Assembly (NCBI GenBank): GCA_965116695.1
Contig: OZ220706.1
Span: 4,547,661 to 4,611,660, forward strand
DNA: 64,000 nt
Reading direction: 5' to 3'
Origin: Acidobacteriota bacterium
GTDB taxonomy: Bacteria; Acidobacteriota; UBA6911; RPQK01; JAJDTT01
The notes beneath the pieces are model-generated. The model was given only the letters and a program-made list of their open reading frames with translations. It made no database searches and had not been told where the DNA came from. The position numbers and the translations under genes are program-made. Positions 59,156 to 64,000 of this stretch are shown here, one piece after another. The number at the start of each line of letters is the position of its first letter. The first letter of the stretch is position 1.

Positions 59156-60469
59156 TTGATGCAGTGGATCACGCCGATCGGCCGTAGCGGACGAGGGAAT
59201 GACGGGGTGACGGTGGTCTTCGCCAAGGGCAAGTTGGCGATTCTGCTGCTTTCGGCGCTGGTGGTCGGCTACGGGCTGGTGGGCGGATCCATGGACCGGG
59301 TCGCGGCCCGGGATGCGTCATACCAGGAAATCGGCCTCTTCATGTCGGTCTTCAGACGGGTCCAGAGCGACTATGTCGAAGAACCTGTGATGAAGGACGC
59401 CCTGTTGGGGGCCCTCCACGGAATGGTCGAGGCGGTGGACCCCTACTCGAGCTACGTTCCCCAGGCGAGTTACGCGCAAGTTCAAGCGCAGACCGAAGCC
59501 CAGGCCTCACCCGGGATCTACATTTCCAAGCGTTACGGGTACGCCTACGTGGTCGCAGTGGTGCGCGGCAGCCCGGCCGAGCGGGAAGGAGTGCGCACCG
59601 GTGATTGGATCGAGTCCATCGACGTCCGGAAAACGACGCAGATGAGCCGTTGGGAGGCGCAGTACATGCTCCAGGGAGCGCCCGGCACCGAGGTGAAGCT
59701 CCGGCTGATCCGGGCGCGCCGGCCGCCCACCGAAATCCGGCTGGTGCGGGAGGCCCCCGTCCCCGAGAAGGTCAAGGCGGAGGTCGTGGAGACCGGGTTG
59801 GGCCAGCTCCGGGTTCCGAGCCTTCAGACCGGCACTGCCGGCCAGGTGCGCAAGGGATTGCGGATGCTGCGGTCCGCCGATGTGAAGGGACTCCTGCTGG
59901 ACCTTCGAGGCGTGGCCGAGGGGGAGGTGGCGGAGGCCGTCGAGATCGCGGGACTCCTGCTGCCCAAGGGGAGCGAGGTGCTCACCGTCAAGGATCGTCA
60001 GGGTCGTTCCGTGGTGCACGCCACGACCGCCGAGCCCCTGCTGGCGGGCGTTCCCGCGGTGGTGCTGGCCGACGGGGGAACCAGCGGGGCCGCGGAGGTA
60101 CTTGTGGCGGCGCTGAAGGATCACAAGGTCGCCACGGTCGTGGGTTTGAAGACGGATGGCAGAGGATCGGGACAAGAGATCTTCCACCTCGGAGACGGAT
60201 CGGTTCTGTATCTCGCGACCAGGATCTACTATCGTCCCAACGGCAGCGCGATTCAGAATAAAAAGCTCAAGGATTCGGGAATTTCCCCCGATGTTCGAGC
60301 TCCGGACGAGGATTTCGTCTCCAGCTTTTACTTGGAGAACGTCTCGGACGACCCCGATGCGGAGTTGGGAGTGGATTTTTACAAGGGCTTGGAAGAAGCT
60401 GTCCGCGAGAGGCAGTTCCAGCAGGGACTGGACAAACTGCGAGGCCGCCTGGCCGAGAAAGCTGCATGA
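59156..60469 (+). CDS. S41-family C-terminal processing peptidase with PDZ domain
   Basis: PDZ-like YVVAVVRGSPAEREGVRTGDWIESID. Catalytic-serine motif ADGGTSGAAEVL (GxSxSAAE-like) and an LLLDLRG-type region. Confidence 0.75.
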   Translation: MMQWITPIGRSGRGNDGVTVVFAKGKLAILLLSALVVGYGLVGGSMDRVAARDASYQEIGLFMSVFRRVQSDYVEEPVMKDALLGALHGMVEAVDPYSSYVPQASYAQVQAQTEAQASPGIYISKRYGYAYVVAVVRGSPAEREGVRTGDWIESIDVRKTTQMSRWEAQYMLQGAPGTEVKLRLIRARRPPTEIRLVREAPVPEKVKAEVVETGLGQLRVPSLQTGTAGQVRKGLRMLRSADVKGLLLDLRGVAEGEVAEAVEIAGLLLPKGSEVLTVKDRQGRSVVHATTAEPLLAGVPAVVLADGGTSGAAEVLVAALKDHKVATVVGLKTDGRGSGQEIFHLGDGSVLYLATRIYYRPNGSAIQNKKLKDSGISPDVRAPDEDFVSSFYLENVSDDPDAELGVDFYKGLEEAVRERQFQQGLDKLRGRLAEKAA

Positions 60470-60523
60470 GCGTGGGTCATTGGAAGGAACATATGATCGA
60501 TCGGTACGAAAGGAGAACCGGGA

Positions 60524-60796
60524 ATGAACAAAGCTGAGTTGATCGTGTCGATCGCCAGGAAGGCGAACCTCAGCAGAAGCGATGCCCGAGCCGCGGTGGA
60601 GGCCGTCGTGTCCACCATCGAGGCGGCCATGAAAAACGGCGACAAGGTTTCCCTCGTGGGGTTCGGCACCTTTTCGGCTCCCACCCGCCCCGCCCGGCCA
60701 GGGCGCAACCCTCAGACCGGAGAAGCAATTCAGATTCCCGCCAGAAAGGTTCCCAAGTTTACGCCCGGCAGGTCATTGAGGGACTCGATTCAGTAG
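60524..60796 (+). CDS. hup: HU-family nucleoid DNA-binding protein
   Basis: MNKAELIVSIA...VSLVGFGTF...RNPQTGEAIQIPARKVPKFTPG matches the canonical HU arm. Confidence 0.9.
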   Translation: MNKAELIVSIARKANLSRSDARAAVEAVVSTIEAAMKNGDKVSLVGFGTFSAPTRPARPGRNPQTGEAIQIPARKVPKFTPGRSLRDSIQ

Positions 60797-60878
60797 CGGT
60801 CGAGTCCGCCTGAAGTGTCGGCGCCATCGGGGACTGGTCCCGCTGGGACCCGGAAATCGTGTGTTATGATCCCCTCGT

Positions 60879-60953
60879 AGGTGCGTAGCTCAGGGGGAGA
60901 GCACTTCCTTGACGCGGAAGGGGTCAGCGGTTCAAATCCGCTCGCACCTACCA
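60879..60953 (+). tRNA. tRNA-Val (anticodon GAC)
   Basis: AGGTGCG-TA-GCTC-AGGGGGA-GAGC-A-CTTCC-TTGACGC-GGAAG-GGGTC-AGCGG-TTCAAAT-CCGCT-CGCACCT-A-CCA. A T7 run follows. Confidence 0.8.
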
Positions 60954-60998
60954 TTTTTTTACCTTGCGGTTGGCGTTGGTATCCGGGGTTCGATCGAA

Positions 60999-62801
60999 AT
61001 GGCCGGACAGAGCCTTATGAAGACCATCCACCGGGATGGGACCGTTCATGACGTCTTCGATCCCGAGGAAGCCCTGGAAACCCTGCGCCATTCGACGTCT
61101 CACCTGATGGCCCTGGCGGTCAGCCACCTCTTTTCGGAAGTGAGTCTGGGCATCGGTCCTCCTACTGGAGAAGGCTTCTACTACGATTTCCAGATGCCGC
61201 ACCGGTTGACGGAGGACGATCTGCCCCGGATCGAAGCCAAGATGGAAGAGCTCAAGGCGGAAAATCTGGATTTCGAGCCGTCCATCCTGGAACTGTCCGA
61301 AGCGCTGGATTTCTTTCGCAGTCACGGCGAGGAATTGAAGACCGAGTTGATCGAAGAGCGGAAAGGAGAGGTGCTTTCTTCCTACCGCCTGGGAGACCTG
61401 GTGGATTTCTGCACCGGGCCGCACGTGCTCTCCACGGCTCAGCTCGGCTCGTTCCGGCTGCTTTCCGTTGCCGGCTCCTATTGGAGGGGCGACGAACACC
61501 GGGAACAGTTGCAAAGGATTTACGGAACGGCGTTTTTCTCGTCCCGGGAACTGGATGACTACCTCCAGCGGCTGGAGGAAGCCAGGAACCGCGACCATCG
61601 GAAGCTGGGCCGGGAACTGGATCTCTTCTCGGTTCCCGAGGGCGTCGCTCCGGGTCTCATTTTCTGGCATCCGAAGGGAGCCAAGGTTCGGGAGAAGATC
61701 GAAGAGTTCCTGCGCGAAGAGCATGAAGCGCGCGGTTACCAGTTCGTCTACACGCCCCATATCGCCAAGTGCGACCTCTGGAAGACCTCCGGCCACTACG
61801 AGTTTTTCCGGGAGAACATGTACACGCTGCCCGTGGACGACGAAGAGTACGTGCTCAAGCCCATGAACTGTCCCGGACACATCCTCATCTACAAGTCGAG
61901 GAAACGCAGTTACCGCGAACTGCCCATCCGGCTGGCCGAGTTCGGGACGGTCTACCGGTACGAGAAGTCGGGAACGCTCCACGGGATGCTTCGGGTTCGG
62001 GGATTCACCCAGGACGACGCACATATTTTCTGCCGCCCGGACCAGGTTTTTTCTGAAGTGGTTGCCACCTTGGACCTTGCCGAGCATCTTCTCAGCACAT
62101 TCGGCTTTCAGGGCCATGAGATCATGTTGGCCGTCTGGGATTCGGAACACACCGAGCACTACGCCGGGAATCGTGAAGATTGGGAAAGGGCCGAGTCGGT
62201 TCTGATCCAGGCGTTGGAGGACAAGGGTTGGCCGTACCGCCGCCAGCCGGGCGAGGCTGCTTTCTACGGTCCCAAGATCGACATCAGTCTGATCGATGCA
62301 TTGGGGCGAACCTGGCAGGTCACCACCTTGCAGTTCGATTTCAACCTGCCGGCCCGCTTCAACATTACCTATGCCGATTCCGAATCCCGCGAACAGCACG
62401 TCATCATGTTGCATCGGGCTCTGCTGGGTTCCATGGAGCGGTTCATGGGGATTCTGGTCGAACACTATGGGGGCGCGTTTCCGCCCTGGCTGTCGCCGGA
62501 GCAGGCATCGGTGGTCCCGGTGAGCGAACGGCACCATGAATACGCGGTCGAGGTTCGCGACCGGCTCCGGGGGACGGGCTTGCGTGTCGAGGCGGACTTG
62601 AGAAACGAGAAGTTGGGCTACAAGATCAGGAGCGCCCAGATGAGCAAGGTGCCATACATGCTCGTCGTGGGTGATCGAGAGGTGCAGGGCCGTACCGTTT
62701 CGGTGCGGGATCGCCGGCGGGGCAATCAGGGGGCATGCTCGTTGGACGATTTTTCCCGGATGCTTGGTCGACGGGTGGCGCAGAGGTCGCTGGACGTCTG
62801 A
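60999..62801 (+). CDS. thrS: threonyl-tRNA synthetase (short form lacking N-terminal TGS domain)
   Basis: HSTSHLMALAV editing/second-additional-domain motif. Class II motifs (FRRE-like ...YRYEKSGTLHGMLRVRGFTQDDAHIF) and a C-terminal anticodon-binding domain. The upstream part of the ORF overlaps the tRNA, so the start is taken at MAGQS. Confidence 0.85.
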   Translation: MAGQSLMKTIHRDGTVHDVFDPEEALETLRHSTSHLMALAVSHLFSEVSLGIGPPTGEGFYYDFQMPHRLTEDDLPRIEAKMEELKAENLDFEPSILELSEALDFFRSHGEELKTELIEERKGEVLSSYRLGDLVDFCTGPHVLSTAQLGSFRLLSVAGSYWRGDEHREQLQRIYGTAFFSSRELDDYLQRLEEARNRDHRKLGRELDLFSVPEGVAPGLIFWHPKGAKVREKIEEFLREEHEARGYQFVYTPHIAKCDLWKTSGHYEFFRENMYTLPVDDEEYVLKPMNCPGHILIYKSRKRSYRELPIRLAEFGTVYRYEKSGTLHGMLRVRGFTQDDAHIFCRPDQVFSEVVATLDLAEHLLSTFGFQGHEIMLAVWDSEHTEHYAGNREDWERAESVLIQALEDKGWPYRRQPGEAAFYGPKIDISLIDALGRTWQVTTLQFDFNLPARFNITYADSESREQHVIMLHRALLGSMERFMGILVEHYGGAFPPWLSPEQASVVPVSERHHEYAVEVRDRLRGTGLRVEADLRNEKLGYKIRSAQMSKVPYMLVVGDREVQGRTVSVRDRRRGNQGACSLDDFSRMLGRRVAQRSLDV

Positions 62802-62846
62802 CCATGATTTGAGGCATTGTGATCACTTGTCCCCGTTGATTCCAAG

Positions 62847-63392
62847 TTGATTCGAAGAAGAAGAAGAGGAGTCGATTCTATTCAGAGAGCACGAGTCAAT
62901 CATCGGATAAGAGCCAGGGAAATTCGGGTCATCGACGAGAATGGGAGCCAGTTGGGCATCATGGCTCCGCCCGAGGCAAGGCGGTTGGCTCAGGAGAGGT
63001 CCCTCGACCTGGTCGAGGTCGCTCCCACCGCCAGGCCTCCGGTTTGTCGAATCATGGACTACGGGAAGTACCTCTACCAGCAACGAAAGAAGGCTCAGGA
63101 GGCGCGAAAGCACCAGAAAGTCATTCAGGTCAAGGAGGTCAAGTTCAGGCCCAAGATCGACCAGCATGACTATGAGTTCAAGAAGAAACACATTCTGCGT
63201 TTCTTGAAGGACGAAAACAGGGTCAAGGCCACGGTCATCTTCAGGGGTCGGGAGATCACTCACTCCGAACTGGGTGAGGAGATCTTGAACCAACTCCGCG
63301 GCGAGCTGACCGAGGTGGCGGAGGTCGAGCGGCGGCCCCGATTGGAGGGCCACACCATGACCATGATTCTGGTGCCCAGAAAACAGCCCTGA
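62847..63392 (+). CDS. infC: translation initiation factor IF-3
   Basis: [22 protein letters not shown]...LDLVEVAP... is canonical IF-3. The true start is probably an AUU at about 62880, 7 nt after GAGGAG; the ORF track begins at a TTG at 62847. Confidence 0.85.
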   Translation: MIRRRRRGVDSIQRARVNHRIRAREIRVIDENGSQLGIMAPPEARRLAQERSLDLVEVAPTARPPVCRIMDYGKYLYQQRKKAQEARKHQKVIQVKEVKFRPKIDQHDYEFKKKHILRFLKDENRVKATVIFRGREITHSELGEEILNQLRGELTEVAEVERRPRLEGHTMTMILVPRKQP

Positions 63393-63495
63393 ATTCACTT
63401 GGATTTCCGGTTCAGACCCGGTTCTTTCGACGGCCGGGCCCGGTTTTCGTCTTGCTGGGCAGGAACGACTCGGGTACAAAGCGAGGAAAACGGCG

Positions 63496-63687
63496 ATGCG
63501 ATTGAAGACCAAGCGCGCGGCAGCCAAGCGATTCAAGATCACGGGGTCGGGCAAGATCAGCCGGCGGCACAGCCATCACAGCCACATCCTGACCAAGAAG
63601 AGTCGCAAGCGGAAGCGAAATTTGAAGGACTGGGCCGGCGTGTCCTCTGCCGACAAGAAGCGGGTTCGGAAGATGCTGCATATTTAG
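63496..63687 (+). CDS. rpmI: 50S ribosomal protein L35
   Basis: [21 protein letters not shown]... is canonical L35. 63 aa. Confidence 0.9.
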   Translation: MRLKTKRAAAKRFKITGSGKISRRHSHHSHILTKKSRKRKRNLKDWAGVSSADKKRVRKMLHI

Positions 63688-63724
63688 CAGCCGCGGGATT
63701 TTCGCGGGTGCTGGAGGTTCCATC

Positions 63725-64000
63725 ATGTCGAGGGTAACGAGAGGGGTTAAGCGAAAGCGGAGACGCAAGAAGATCCTGCGCCTGGCCAAGGGTTACTGGG
63801 GCGCCAAGGGTCGGCTTCACCAGGCAGCGAAGGAACAGGTAAACCGTTCTCTGGCCTACTCCTATCGGGACCGGCGGCAGAAGAAGCGGAACTTCCGGAG
63901 GCTCTGGATCATCCGGGTCAACGCGGCCGCGCGGCAGCACAGCCTTTCCTACAGCCAGTTCATGTACGGTCTGAAGAAGGCCGGCCTGGATCTGAGCCGA
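63725..64000 (+). CDS. rplT: 50S ribosomal protein L20 (3'-truncated by the window end)
   Basis: [31 protein letters not shown]... is canonical L20. Runs off the window end. Confidence 0.9.
   Translation, partial: MSRVTRGVKRKRRRKKILRLAKGYWGAKGRLHQAAKEQVNRSLAYSYRDRRQKKRNFRRLWIIRVNAAARQHSLSYSQFMYGLKKAGLDLSR

Overview
High-GC (~65%) bacterial chromosomal segment. The gene content (a GWxTD protein, a DUF1501 + DUF1549/DUF1553 pair, a DUF4159 protein, a CarboxypepD-reg TonB receptor) points to Acidobacteria (or Planctomycetes). The gene order is read directly from the ORF translations; family names are recognised from memory of conserved motifs, not from any search. Most genes are glycan/uronate catabolism and envelope functions: a sialate O-acetylesterase, two BNR/Asp-box sialidase-like proteins (one frameshifted), a DUF1080 hydrolase, xylose-isomerase-like TIM barrels, a lactonase, a mannonate dehydratase and a uronate isomerase. 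Also present are an M16 peptidase pair, an ECF sigma/anti-sigma/Spy-like module, an S41 protease, and a housekeeping block at the 3' end (HU, tRNA-Val, thrS-infC-rpmI-rplT). Two tRNAs are present: Thr-CGT on the minus strand near 46 kb and Val-GAC on the plus strand near 60.9 kb. No transposase, integrase or CRISPR array is visible. The candidates I consider most interesting are: (1) a translationally coupled three-gene module of an RHH protein, a 317-aa unknown protein with an antitoxin-like C-terminus, and a PIN toxin; (2) three tandem paralogous small secreted glycine-zipper proteins next to tRNA-Thr; (3) a YtrA-type GntR + ABC ATPase cassette followed by two tandem paralogous ~560-aa membrane proteins of different GC content, preceded by a perfect 11-bp palindromic operator; (4) an SxtJ-like/DUF5989 small membrane-protein pair located away from the carbamoyltransferase; and (5) REP-like hairpin repeat families plus several frameshifted or truncated gene remnants.
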